Shown: positions 45,152-55,486 of the stretch, in pieces
Layout: every line of letters begins with the position of its first letter
How positions within the stretch are numbered: position 1 is the first letter of the stretch
NCBI GenBank assembly: GCA_021735105.1
Contig: JAIPHS010000001.1
Coordinates: 5,484 to 69,483 of the forward strand
Reading direction: 5' to 3'
Length of the DNA: 64,000 bases
From: Candidatus Omnitrophota bacterium
GTDB taxonomy: Bacteria; Omnitrophota; Gorgyraeia; Duberdicusellales; 4484-171
Notes under the pieces: generated by a model
Seen by the model: only the letters and a program-made list of their open reading frames with translations
Databases searched by the model: none
What the model was told of the DNA's origin: nothing
Program-made: the position numbers and the translations under genes

Positions 45152-46597
45152 ATGAAGGTAAAAAATTTTTTAAAATCAATCAAAGATCCCCATATCCAAA
45201 ATTTAATAATAACAGATATTGCTGATGATTCCAGATTTGTTAAAAAAGGAAGTATCTTTTTTGTAATCGAGAAACCAAATTTTGATATATTTTCTGTTTT
45301 AAAAAAAATAGAGAAAAAAGTAAAAATATATGCTGTTGACTTAAAAAATAAAGATCGTATTAAAAAAATGGCTATAAATAAACCAGTTATTTATTTAAAA
45401 GGGATAGAAAACCATTTCTATCAAGCAGTTAAAAAATTTTATAAACCAAAATTGAATCTTAAAATAATTGGAATTACTGGAACTAATGGAAAAACTTCCA
45501 CCGCTTATTTTTTACACCAATTATTTAAAAAAAATGGGAAAAAAACAGCTTTTTTTGGAACAATCGGTTATTTTATCGGTTCATCTAAATATAAAATAAA
45601 CCATACTACTGCTGATTTTCTTACGCTTTATAAAATGATTAAAAAAGTTAGTCAGAAAAAGATTAATTACCTAATTATGGAAGTTTCTTCTCACAGTATA
45701 GCTCAAGAAAGGATAAAAGGCTTAAATTTTACAAGATGTGTATTTACCAATCTAAGCCGGGACCATCTTGATTATCATAAAACAATGGATTCATATTTTA
45801 AAATAAAAAAAAGTTTTTTCTTTCAGAGTAATTGTTATTCTGTTGTTAACAATAATTGCTTATACGGTAAAAAAATATTGTCTAGTTTAAATAAAAAGAT
45901 TTCTTATGGGGTTAAAAGCAACTCTGATTATCAAGCAAAAAATATAAAACTTTTTAAAAATAGGACAAAATTTGATTTAGTTTGGAATAATCGAGTTTTT
46001 CCTGTATCAACGAAATTATCTGGGTATCATAACATTTTAAATATTTTAGCGGCATTAGCTTCTGCCCATTCTTTAAGATTTTCTTTAGATAAGCTGGTAA
46101 AGACGGTTCCGTCTTTGAAAAGAGCTAAGGGCCGATTTCAAGAAATAGCTCAAAATATATTCATAGATTATGCTCATACACCAGAAGGGCTTGAGCATAT
46201 TCTTTCTTCTTTGCAAGATATAGGCTATGAGAAGATTATATCTGTCTTTGGTTGCGGCGGGCAGCGGGATAAAGGCAAAAGAAAAATTATGGGGAAAATA
46301 TCTTCTCAATTAGCCGATGTTACTATTATTACTTCAGATAACCCCAGGGGAGAAGATCCATCATATATTTGTAAACAAATCAAAAAAGGTTGCCTAAACA
46401 ATAGATTTAAAGTTATCATAAATAGGAAAGAAGCAATAAGAAAAGCAATATTATTATATCGAAACAAAAAAGAAATTGGCCAAAAAGTGTGTGTTTTGGT
46501 GGCTGGTAAAGGGCATGAAGATTGTCAAATATTAAAAAATAAAAAGGTTCCTTTTCAAGATTCAAAGACAATCAAAAGTATTTTAAAAAATAACTAA
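45152..46597 (+). CDS. murE: UDP-MurNAc-tripeptide synthetase
   Basis: GITGTNGKTS, MEVSSH, DHLDYH, DYAHTP, DNPR (meso-DAP type), AGKGHE. Confidence 0.95.
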   Translation: MKVKNFLKSIKDPHIQNLIITDIADDSRFVKKGSIFFVIEKPNFDIFSVLKKIEKKVKIYAVDLKNKDRIKKMAINKPVIYLKGIENHFYQAVKKFYKPKLNLKIIGITGTNGKTSTAYFLHQLFKKNGKKTAFFGTIGYFIGSSKYKINHTTADFLTLYKMIKKVSQKKINYLIMEVSSHSIAQERIKGLNFTRCVFTNLSRDHLDYHKTMDSYFKIKKSFFFQSNCYSVVNNNCLYGKKILSSLNKKISYGVKSNSDYQAKNIKLFKNRTKFDLVWNNRVFPVSTKLSGYHNILNILAALASAHSLRFSLDKLVKTVPSLKRAKGRFQEIAQNIFIDYAHTPEGLEHILSSLQDIGYEKIISVFGCGGQRDKGKRKIMGKISSQLADVTIITSDNPRGEDPSYICKQIKKGCLNNRFKVIINRKEAIRKAILLYRNKKEIGQKVCVLVAGKGHEDCQILKNKKVPFQDSKTIKSILKNN

Positions 46598-46603
46598 ACA
46601 AAA

Positions 46604-47947
46604 ATGAATATTAGTGATTTTAAAGTTATTGAAAAAGTCTTAGATCCCTATAAAATTTATAACCTTTATTATTTTCAGCCAGTTAAAGGATTTTGCTTAG
46701 ATTCACGTTCTCTAAGGAAGGGAGATGCTTTTATTGCTTTAGCTGGGAAATATAAAGATGGCCATGATTTTATTAAAATGGCGGTTAAAAAAGGGGCGGT
46801 TTTAATAATAACTGCAAAATACATAAAAACTAAACCCAAAGTTCCTCAGTTTATCGTTCAAGATACAACTCATGCTCTTGAGAGAATAATTTTATTTTTA
46901 CGAAAAAAGCATAAAAAAACAACTGTTTTTGCTATAACTGGTTCTTTGGGAAAAACAACAACTAAGGAGATGCTCAGTTTCCTTCTTCAGCCTTATAAAA
47001 ATATTTTAAAGAACAGGGCTAGCGAAAATAATATTTTTGGAGTAGCAAAAACTATTTTTTCTTATAATAATCAGAATTCAATTATCTTTGAACTTGGAAC
47101 AAATCAAATCGGAGAGATCAAAAACCTTGCCAAGATGATTCAGCCTAATATAGGAGTTATTACTTGTATAAAGCCGGCCCATTTGGCTGGTTTAGGAAGT
47201 GTCGATAAGATTAAAAAAGAAAAACTTTCAATGTTTGAAGACAACCAAAAGATGAGAGCTGTTTTAAATGGTGATGATAAAATGCTTTCCGGCCTGAAGC
47301 TAAAAAATAAAACTTTTTGGTATGGTAAAAATAAAAAAAATCACCTCTATTACAAGCTGGAAAAAAGAAAAGATGACAAAATTCATTTTAAAATATTAGA
47401 TAAGTATAACCTGATTGTACCGATTCGTTTTGAAAATTTTATTAGTAATTATTTGGCAGCAATATCAGCCGCTCATATTTTAGGTATTCCATATCGAGAT
47501 CTTATTCAGCGTCTAAATAATTTTAATAGTTTTTCTTCAATGCGAATGGAAAAAAGAATAATAGGCAGTTACACTATTTTAAATGATGCCTATAATGCTA
47601 ATCCTTATTCTTTTGAGCAGTCCCTTTCGGTAGTGAAACGATTTAAAATACCCAAGGTAGTTATAGCTGCAGATATGCTTGAGTTAGGTTCAAAAACAGA
47701 ATATTATCACCGTAAGTTGGCTGCTCAAATCTATGGAATTGGTTGTCAATATTGTGTTACCTACGGTAATAATAGCAAAATAACAAATAAGCAACTAAAA
47801 ATTTTAGGGCATAAAAATGTATTTCATTTTTTTTCTCAAAAAAAAATTGCGTCATTTTTAAAACAAAAATTGAAAAATAAAAATTATTTAATTTTCTTAA
47901 AAGGTTCCCGGAAAATGCAGCTGGAAAAAATAGTTAAATATCTATAA
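46604..47947 (+). CDS. murF: UDP-MurNAc-pentapeptide synthetase
   Basis: DSR, ITGSLGKTTTKE, NDAYNANP, DMLELG, KGSRKM. Confidence 0.95.
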   Translation: MNISDFKVIEKVLDPYKIYNLYYFQPVKGFCLDSRSLRKGDAFIALAGKYKDGHDFIKMAVKKGAVLIITAKYIKTKPKVPQFIVQDTTHALERIILFLRKKHKKTTVFAITGSLGKTTTKEMLSFLLQPYKNILKNRASENNIFGVAKTIFSYNNQNSIIFELGTNQIGEIKNLAKMIQPNIGVITCIKPAHLAGLGSVDKIKKEKLSMFEDNQKMRAVLNGDDKMLSGLKLKNKTFWYGKNKKNHLYYKLEKRKDDKIHFKILDKYNLIVPIRFENFISNYLAAISAAHILGIPYRDLIQRLNNFNSFSSMRMEKRIIGSYTILNDAYNANPYSFEQSLSVVKRFKIPKVVIAADMLELGSKTEYYHRKLAAQIYGIGCQYCVTYGNNSKITNKQLKILGHKNVFHFFSQKKIASFLKQKLKNKNYLIFLKGSRKMQLEKIVKYL

Positions 47948-48009
47948 TAATTACTAGTTTTTGGTACAATATAATTAAAAGTCACATGTCATCTGTAACC
48001 TAAAATATT

Positions 48010-49092
48010 ATGTTTTATCACCTATTATATCCTTTGTCTGAGCACTTTTTTATTTTTAATCTCATAAAATATATTACTTTTCGGGGTGGTTGTGCATTTT
48101 TTACTTCTTTTTTTCTTGTTCTTTGCCTCTGGCGGCCTTTAATAAAGAGATTACATAAGCTGCAGATTATAGAAACTGTAGATATGTATGGACATCTGCA
48201 TCTTGAAACCCTGCATAAAGATAAAAAAGGTACTCCTACTATGGGAGGTATTCTTATTGTTTTTTCTCTATTTTTTTCTAGTTTGCTTTGGGTTCGTTTG
48301 GATAATTTATTAGTATGGGCAGTATTGTTTACTATGGTGGCTTTAGCTTTTTTGGGCCTAGCAGATGATTTTTTAAAAATAAAAAAAGCTAAGGGATTGA
48401 GCCGGTTTCAAAAATTGTTTTGGCAAAGCCTAATTGGCTTAATTTTAGGCCTTTTTATAGTATTATACAAAGGCATAGAACCTACCTGGAGCTTACCTTT
48501 TTTTAAAAATGTAGTATTAAATTTAGGATATTTTTATATTTTTTGGGCTATTTGTTTAATAGTAGCTACATCTAATGCAGTAAATTTTACCGATGGTTTG
48601 GATGGTTTAGCGGTTGGCAGTTTAATTATTAATGCAGCTATCTTTTCTTTACTAGCTTATTTGGTTGGAAATATAAATTTTGCTGAATACCTTTTTATTC
48701 CTTATATAGAAGGTGCAGGAGAATTAACTATTATAACTTTAAGTTTAGTTGGTTCTGGTTTAGCCTTTCTTTGGTTTAATTCTTATCCGGCTCAGATTTT
48801 CATGGGAGATATAGGGGCATTAGCCTTAGGGGGGCTCATTGGAGCAGTTGCTTTAATTATAAAAAAAGAATTTATCCTTTTTTTAAGCGGTGGTTTGTTT
48901 GTAATTGAGGCGTTAAGTGTAATCTTACAAATTGGTTCTGTAAAGTTACGTAAAAAAAGAATGTTTAAAGCTGCTCCTATTCATCACCATTTCCAAATTA
49001 AAGGTTGGGCAGAACCAAAAATAATTATCCGGTTTTGGATTATTACGATAATCTGTGCTTGTCTGGCGCTGCTTACCCTTAAGCTTCGATAA
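48010..49092 (+). CDS. mraY: Phospho-MurNAc-pentapeptide transferase
   Basis: KKGTPTMGG, DDF, SNAVNFTDGLDGL, FMGD, APIHHHF. Confidence 0.97.
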   Translation: MFYHLLYPLSEHFFIFNLIKYITFRGGCAFFTSFFLVLCLWRPLIKRLHKLQIIETVDMYGHLHLETLHKDKKGTPTMGGILIVFSLFFSSLLWVRLDNLLVWAVLFTMVALAFLGLADDFLKIKKAKGLSRFQKLFWQSLIGLILGLFIVLYKGIEPTWSLPFFKNVVLNLGYFYIFWAICLIVATSNAVNFTDGLDGLAVGSLIINAAIFSLLAYLVGNINFAEYLFIPYIEGAGELTIITLSLVGSGLAFLWFNSYPAQIFMGDIGALALGGLIGAVALIIKKEFILFLSGGLFVIEALSVILQIGSVKLRKKRMFKAAPIHHHFQIKGWAEPKIIIRFWIITIICACLALLTLKLR

Positions 49093-49095
49093 TTA

Positions 49096-50346
49096 ATGAA
49101 ATTTATTAAAGACTTAAAGATAGTTTGCGTAGCGGGATGGGGGAAAACCGGTATTTCTTTGGTAAAGATGTTACTTAATTTAGATAAAAAAATTAAAGTA
49201 ACCGAAACTAGAAAAAGGAATTGTTTTTGCCCTCAGCTTATTAAGGATTTTGAAAGTAAGGGGGTTGAGTTTGAGTTTGGCGGCCACTCAGAAAAATTTA
49301 TCAAATTATCTGAATTAATTATCTTAAGTCCGGGGATAGATCTTTCTAAATCAGAACTAAATAACATTGCCAAAAAAAATCATATAGCTTATTTGGGAGA
49401 GTTGGAGTTTGCTTCTTATTTTACAAATGCAAAAATTATTGCAATTACTGGAACCAATGGGAAAACTACAACAGCTTATTTAACCTACCAGCTGCTTAAA
49501 CAAAAAAATAAAAAAGTCTATTTAGGTGGTAATATTGGACGCCCTTTTTCTGAATTTGTATTGGATACTCAAGAAAAAGATATAGTGGTTTTGGAAGTAA
49601 GTTCATTTCAGTTGGAAACAATTATTAAATTTAGGCCATATGTTGCTGTTTTGCTTAATGTTGAGCCTGATCATATAGATCGGCATAAAAATTTCGGCAA
49701 TTATTTAAAAATAAAATTGAAAATATTTAAAAATCAGCAAAAAAATGATTGGATGGTTATCAATAAAGCAATAAATCTACAAGAAATCTCGTTATCACAA
49801 ATAAATTCAAAAATAATATATTTCAAAGATGAGTTGTCTGACCAAAATTTTTCAGCTGCCTATAGAATAGGAAAGATTTTTGGTGTTACCAAGGCTGATT
49901 GCCACCTGCTTTTTTCCCAATATAAAAAATTACCCCATCGCCAACGACTAGTAAAGGAAATAAATAAGATAAGATTTATAAATGACTCAAAATCTACTAA
50001 TCCTTCTTCAACATCATTTGCTCTAAAGTCAATAAAATCACCGATTATATTAATTGCTGGAGGTAAAGATAAAGGGTTTTACTACCAAGGCTTGAGATTA
50101 TATGCAAGAAAAATTAGACAGGTAAACCTTATCGGCCAGGCAGCAGATAAAATTAAAAATGAGTTAGGTAATAAAATTAAATGTCAAAAGTTCAATTCAT
50201 TGCAAGAGGCGGTATTGTCTGCGTATAAGCAAGCAAAGGCTTTTGATACCATTCTTCTTTCTCCGATGTGTTCTAGTTTTGATATGTTTAAAAATTATAA
50301 AGAAAGGGGCCGGAAATTTATCGAAATTGTAAAAAATATTTCCTAA
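49096..50346 (+). CDS. murD: UDP-MurNAc-L-Ala:D-Glu ligase
   Basis: SPGI, ITGTNGKTTT, EVSSFQL, DHIDRH, NDSKSTN, SPMCSSFD. Confidence 0.95.
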   Translation: MKFIKDLKIVCVAGWGKTGISLVKMLLNLDKKIKVTETRKRNCFCPQLIKDFESKGVEFEFGGHSEKFIKLSELIILSPGIDLSKSELNNIAKKNHIAYLGELEFASYFTNAKIIAITGTNGKTTTAYLTYQLLKQKNKKVYLGGNIGRPFSEFVLDTQEKDIVVLEVSSFQLETIIKFRPYVAVLLNVEPDHIDRHKNFGNYLKIKLKIFKNQQKNDWMVINKAINLQEISLSQINSKIIYFKDELSDQNFSAAYRIGKIFGVTKADCHLLFSQYKKLPHRQRLVKEINKIRFINDSKSTNPSSTSFALKSIKSPIILIAGGKDKGFYYQGLRLYARKIRQVNLIGQAADKIKNELGNKIKCQKFNSLQEAVLSAYKQAKAFDTILLSPMCSSFDMFKNYKERGRKFIEIVKNIS

Positions 50347-50362
50347 TATAACCGGTTGTTTT

Positions 50363-51517
50363 ATGATAAACAGAATAAAAATTTTTTTCATCAATAAAAT
50401 TAATAACTTAAAGGAATGGGAGTCATTACGTAAGGAAAGAAGAATTATTTTTTCCTTAATTTTCAGCTTAACTCTTATTGGGTTACTTTTTATTTATGAA
50501 TCTTCCAGCCTTTATGCTTTAAAGCATTATAATGATTCTGCTTATTTTTTTAAAAAACAAATTTTGTTTTTTATATTAGCACTTTTTTCTTTTTGTGGGG
50601 CATTATTTATAGATTTAGATTTTCTTCGACAGCAAAGTAAAAAAATATTAATTTCTTTGATTGTAATTTTGATAATTGTTCTTTTTTTTGGCCAGAAATC
50701 AGGCGGAGCTTCTCGCTGGATTCAGCTAGGGGGTTTTAGCTTTCAACCCTCTGAATTATTAAAAATATTTTTTCTTATTTATTGCGCTGATTATTGCAGC
50801 CGAAAAAAAATGATTTTAAAAGATTTGAATTATGGTTTTATTCCGGTGGGGTTGGTTTTAGCCATAATTTGCTTACTTTTGTTAATTCAGCCGGATTTAG
50901 GGGGTGTAATCTTTTGGATTATTTGGTTTTTAATTTTTGTATATTTATATGGAGCAAGATTAAAGCATCTAGCTATAATTATCTTAGGCTGTTTGATTAG
51001 TTTCTTTTTTTTAGTAAAGCTATACCCTTACCGGGTAAGAAGAATAATCGCTTATCTTGATCCTTTTTCTGATCCTCAGGGTTCAGGCTTTCAAATTATT
51101 CAGTCTCAATTAGCTTATAGCAGAGGAGGGATATTAGGAGTAGGATTAGGGGAAGGAAAACAGAAATTATTTTTTTTACCGGCTGCGCATACTGATTTTA
51201 TATTTTCAATTATTGCCGAAGAATTAGGGCTTATTTTGACTTTAGGGATTGTATTAATGTTTTTTTTAATTATTCATAAAATGTTAAAAATTTCTGACTT
51301 TATTAATGATAACTTTAGAAAAGGAATACTTTTTGGAATAGCTGTTATTTTTTTTCTTGAAGTATTTATTAATATTGGTGTTACCTGCGGCCTATTGCCG
51401 ACCAAAGGGATGCCTCTTCCTTTTATCAGTTATGGTGGTACCAATTTGGTTGTCCACTATATACTCTTAGGGTTATTTTTTAATGCATCGAAAAAACCAT
51501 TTAAAGATAAAAGATGA
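50363..51517 (+). CDS. ftsW: SEDS peptidoglycan polymerase FtsW
   Basis: GASRW, FQPSE, QPDLG, AHTDFIF, PFISYGG. Confidence 0.93.
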   Translation: MINRIKIFFINKINNLKEWESLRKERRIIFSLIFSLTLIGLLFIYESSSLYALKHYNDSAYFFKKQILFFILALFSFCGALFIDLDFLRQQSKKILISLIVILIIVLFFGQKSGGASRWIQLGGFSFQPSELLKIFFLIYCADYCSRKKMILKDLNYGFIPVGLVLAIICLLLLIQPDLGGVIFWIIWFLIFVYLYGARLKHLAIIILGCLISFFFLVKLYPYRVRRIIAYLDPFSDPQGSGFQIIQSQLAYSRGGILGVGLGEGKQKLFFLPAAHTDFIFSIIAEELGLILTLGIVLMFFLIIHKMLKISDFINDNFRKGILFGIAVIFFLEVFINIGVTCGLLPTKGMPLPFISYGGTNLVVHYILLGLFFNASKKPFKDKR

Positions 51518-52548
51518 AGGTATTATTAGTATCTGAAAGAAGCGCTGGGCATGTTTATCCGGCTTTGGCTATTGGTGAGAAAATTAAAGAAAGTAACTTA
51601 ATTGATGCTAAAATTGTTTTCTTTACAAGTTCAAGATTTTTCAAAAAATATATTAAAAATAAAGGTTATTCAGTGTTAGGATTAACCTTTCAATTTAGGA
51701 ATATTTTTGTTGAATTTTTTTGCCGTTTTATCGAGTCAATATATATTCTTATCAAAGTTTTTCCTGATATAGTTATTGGATTTGGGGGAAGAGATAGCCT
51801 ATTTTTAGTTTTATTTGCTAGGATGCTTGGCAGGAAAACTTATATTTACGAGCCAAACGCGGAAATGGGCAGGGCTAATAAATTTCTTTCTCTTTTTGTA
51901 AAGAATATATTAAGAGGTATCCCTTCTTCTGATCAAAAGAAGAAATATAGAATTATCGGAATTCCTTTGGGTAAAAATATAGTAAAAAAAGAAAAAGAGA
52001 GGCTAAGAGAAAAGTTTAATTTTAATCAAAAACCTATTATTTTATGCTTTGGCGGCAGTCAAGGTTCTCGTTTTATTAATGATAGTTTTCTTAACTTTAT
52101 AGGAAGACACAATAATAATTCATATCAAATAGCTCATATTACCGGCGCGAAAGATTATTCTAAAGCGGTCGATTTTTATAGAAAAATAAAGAATAATAAA
52201 GTTGTAAAAGATTTCTATCAAGATATGCCTAATTTTTATAATCTAGCTGATGTTATTTTGTCTAGAGCGGGGGCATTGACTTTAGCTGAAATATCTTTTT
52301 ATAACATTCCGGCCATTTTAATTCCTCATCCACAAGCATTTGGGCATCAAAAAACAAATGCAAATTATCTAAAAGATAGAGGTGCTGCAGTTATTTTTGA
52401 ACAAAATAGTTTTGATTTTAAAAAATTTGAACTTTGCTTAAGCAAATTAATTCAAAATAACAGTGCTCGAAAAAATATAAAAAATAATCTTAAAAAAATA
52501 AAAATTGGAATAAAATATGAAGATTTTTCTTTTAATTTTATTAGTTAA
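51514..52548 (+). CDS. murG: Lipid II GlcNAc transferase
   Basis: GHVYPA, YEPN, GGSQGS, SRAGA, HQKTNA; position after ftsW. Confidence 0.88.
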   Translation: MKVLLVSERSAGHVYPALAIGEKIKESNLIDAKIVFFTSSRFFKKYIKNKGYSVLGLTFQFRNIFVEFFCRFIESIYILIKVFPDIVIGFGGRDSLFLVLFARMLGRKTYIYEPNAEMGRANKFLSLFVKNILRGIPSSDQKKKYRIIGIPLGKNIVKKEKERLREKFNFNQKPIILCFGGSQGSRFINDSFLNFIGRHNNNSYQIAHITGAKDYSKAVDFYRKIKNNKVVKDFYQDMPNFYNLADVILSRAGALTLAEISFYNIPAILIPHPQAFGHQKTNANYLKDRGAAVIFEQNSFDFKKFELCLSKLIQNNSARKNIKNNLKKIKIGIKYEDFSFNFIS

Positions 52549-53305
52549 TTCATTTTTTCAAAATGTGTACGCAGAAGTTAAAGATTTTAGACAACTGCGG
52601 AGCAGCCATTTTATTATAAATTATCAGGAAGGGGTAGAAAGATCTTATCTAACTAATATTAAGCAAAAAGCTGAAGATTTTTACAAAAAAATTACCCAGG
52701 AATTTCATTTAGTTCGAGATGAACTTTGGCTTTGGGACAACCGCGCTAAAATTTTTGTAGCTAGAGACAGAAAAGAGTATCTTGATAATTTCAATTGTCC
52801 TAATTGGTCGGCTGCCTGCCTAGACTATAGGGCAAAAAAAGTTTATACATATCCTGGCCAAAAATATTTTATATCAACTCTAGCGCATGAATTGACTCAT
52901 ATTATTTTTCGGGAATATATAAAAAGACAAGATTTACCTCTCTGGCTAGACGAGGGAATGGCCATGTATATAGAAACAAAATTTTCTGATTCGAGATATC
53001 AAGTTTTTTCTGGCCGTATTAAGAAAATGATAAAAGATAATAGTTTTATACCTTTTAAAGAGTTAACAGAGCTCAACACAAGAACCATGAGAGAAAAACC
53101 GGATTCTTATGTAAATACCTTTTATCTGCAGTCTTTTTCTCTTATAAATTTTATAATTGGAAAGTATAAAAAGCATCACTTTTCACAATTTTTGTGGAAC
53201 TTTAAAAATGAATCAAATTTTAGGAAAGCTTTATCTAAAACCTATTATCAACTAAAAAGTTTAAAAGATTTAGAAGAAAGATGGAAAACTTATTATCTAA
53301 AGTAA
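52517..53305 (+). CDS. Secreted gluzincin-type metallopeptidase (peptidase MA-like)
   Basis: Signal-peptide-like N-terminus, AHELTH (HExxH), WLDEGMAMY. Confidence 0.75.
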   Translation: MKIFLLILLVNSFFQNVYAEVKDFRQLRSSHFIINYQEGVERSYLTNIKQKAEDFYKKITQEFHLVRDELWLWDNRAKIFVARDRKEYLDNFNCPNWSAACLDYRAKKVYTYPGQKYFISTLAHELTHIIFREYIKRQDLPLWLDEGMAMYIETKFSDSRYQVFSGRIKKMIKDNSFIPFKELTELNTRTMREKPDSYVNTFYLQSFSLINFIIGKYKKHHFSQFLWNFKNESNFRKALSKTYYQLKSLKDLEERWKTYYLK

Positions 53306-54666
53306 AAAAAATTCATTTGATCGGTATTGGCGGTATCGGGATGACTGGCTTGGCACTTCTTTTGCAGGATAAAGGGTTTTTGGTCCAAGGCTCTGATATT
53401 CGTAAAACAGTCAAAACAGGAATACTTGCCAAAAGAGGGATTAAAGTTTATTTTGGGCATAAAAGAACCAATATTGACCCAAAAGTGGATTTAATTTGTT
53501 ATTCTTCAGCTGTTGGTTTAGACAATAGCGAGTTAAAAGAAGCAAAAAGCAAAAAGATAGGTGTGATTAAAAGAGGAAAGTTATTAGCTTTTTTATGTAA
53601 AGATACAAAAACTATAGCAGTAGCAGGAAGCCATGGTAAGACCACAATAGTCTCTCTCTTAAGTTATCTTTTTAAAAAAATTGGTTATACTCCCACAGTA
53701 TTTGTTGGTGGATTACCTGTAGACGGCTCTTTGTCTGCTTCTTGGGGTAGAGACTATTCAATCATAGAAACAGATGAGAGCGATGGAACTTTTCTTGACT
53801 ATGAGCCTCATCTTTCCATTATTACCAATATTGATAAAGAGCATCTAAATTATTATGGTGATTTTACTAATTTAAAAAAGTCATTTTTAAATTTTGCCAA
53901 AAAAACTAAAAAGAAAGTTTTTGGTTTTGGAGGGCAAAAAGAAATTAAAGAAATAATAGATAAAGTCAGGGGTGTTTCTTTTGGGATGGGCTCTGATTGT
54001 AATTTAAGTGCAAAAAATATACGTTCAGATCAAAGGTTTAGTTATTTTGATCTTTATAAGGGAGATGACTTACTGCTGTCGGTAGAGAGCCCTCTTTTAG
54101 GCCGGCATAACTGTTATAATGTGATGGCCGCTTTGGCTATTTTTGATTATTTGGGCCTAAATTTAGAAAAAATAAAGGATTATTTGATTGATTTTAAAGG
54201 TACAAAAAGACGGTTTCAAATAAAAACAAATATTTGCGGAGTAACATTTATAGATGATTATGCTCATCATCCAACTGAAATTAAAGCTACTTTAGAGACA
54301 GCTAGAGCAATACCTGCAAAAAGAATAGTGGCTATTTTACAGCCGCATAGGCCATCAAGGATTAAATCTTTATTTAAAGAATTTTCTTTATGCTTAAGGC
54401 AGGCAGATTTAGTAGTAGTGACTGATACTTATCAAGCTTCTGAACCATATCTAGAGGGAGTAAATAGCTTAAAATTGGTCAAAGCAATCAAAAGCCAGGG
54501 GCACAAAAATATTATTTATATTAATAAAAATAAATTAGAATTAAAAGTTCCAGAGATGATTGAAAAGGGTGATCTAGTTATTTGCCTAGGGGCAGGGGAT
54601 ATAAATAAGAAGTTAGAAAAGATTATTTATGAGTTTAAAAAAATTAAAACCGAAAAAAAATATTAA
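53281..54666 (+). CDS. murC: UDP-MurNAc:L-Ala ligase
   Basis: GIGGIGM, GSHGKTT, ETDESD, DDYAHHPTEI, QPHR. Confidence 0.96.
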   Translation: MENLLSKVKKIHLIGIGGIGMTGLALLLQDKGFLVQGSDIRKTVKTGILAKRGIKVYFGHKRTNIDPKVDLICYSSAVGLDNSELKEAKSKKIGVIKRGKLLAFLCKDTKTIAVAGSHGKTTIVSLLSYLFKKIGYTPTVFVGGLPVDGSLSASWGRDYSIIETDESDGTFLDYEPHLSIITNIDKEHLNYYGDFTNLKKSFLNFAKKTKKKVFGFGGQKEIKEIIDKVRGVSFGMGSDCNLSAKNIRSDQRFSYFDLYKGDDLLLSVESPLLGRHNCYNVMAALAIFDYLGLNLEKIKDYLIDFKGTKRRFQIKTNICGVTFIDDYAHHPTEIKATLETARAIPAKRIVAILQPHRPSRIKSLFKEFSLCLRQADLVVVTDTYQASEPYLEGVNSLKLVKAIKSQGHKNIIYINKNKLELKVPEMIEKGDLVICLGAGDINKKLEKIIYEFKKIKTEKKY

Positions 54667-55486
54667 TTTAAGGCAATTGACTACTTTAGAGATAGGAGGA
54701 AGAGCTGAATATTTCTTTGTGGTTAGAGATAATTTTGAATTGTCAAAATTATTAAAAGAAATTGGAAGCCAATTTTATATTTTAGGTAATGGGTCAAATT
54801 TATTGATAAAAGATGGGCTAATAAAAAAACCAGTTGTAAAATTAATAGATAAATTTGAATTAATAAAACCAAAAGGAAATCTCTTAGAAGTTGGTTCTTC
54901 AACTTTACTTTCTTTTTTGGTAAAATATTGTATTAATAACTGTTTAGGGGGTATAGAAAATTTAGCAGGTATACCTGCAACAGTTGGTGGTATGCTTTCT
55001 TCTGCTGCTTCATCATTTGGAGTTAGTATTTTTAATTATTTAGAAATGGTAGAGGTAATGGATAAATTTGGCAATATTAATATGATTAAAAAAGATAAAA
55101 TTAATTATAGTTATAGGCGTTCCGGCCTAGAAGATAAAATAATAATTAAAGGCTTTTTTAAATTTTCTAAAAACAATAAAGAAATAAAAAAAAAGATACA
55201 GAATATAATTAAAAAAAGAATTACCTTACAAGATTTTTCTTTTCCCAGCTGTGGTTCGGTTTTTAAAAATCCTGTTTCTGCTGTGGCAGGCGCCTTGATA
55301 GAACAGGCTGGTTTGAAGGGAAAGCGAAAAGGTGATATCAAAATTTCAGATAAACATGCTAACTTTATTTTAAATGTAGGAAAAGGTTCATATTGCCAAG
55401 CCGATTATTTAATTAAGCAAATAAAGGATCTTATTTATCAAAGAGAAGGGATTGTTTTAGAGGAAGAAGTTAAAAGATGGAATTAA
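54629..55486 (+). CDS. murB: UDP-N-acetylenolpyruvoylglucosamine reductase
   Basis: IGG, GNGSNLL, GIPATVGG, YRRS, GSVFKNP, KHANF. Confidence 0.94.
   Translation: MSLKKLKPKKNINLRQLTTLEIGGRAEYFFVVRDNFELSKLLKEIGSQFYILGNGSNLLIKDGLIKKPVVKLIDKFELIKPKGNLLEVGSSTLLSFLVKYCINNCLGGIENLAGIPATVGGMLSSAASSFGVSIFNYLEMVEVMDKFGNINMIKKDKINYSYRRSGLEDKIIIKGFFKFSKNNKEIKKKIQNIIKKRITLQDFSFPSCGSVFKNPVSAVAGALIEQAGLKGKRKGDIKISDKHANFILNVGKGSYCQADYLIKQIKDLIYQREGIVLEEEVKRWN

Noticed and set aside
47981-48001. Three degenerate heptamers (gtcacat gtcatct gtaacct) before mraY
   Set aside because: Too short and degenerate to support by eye.
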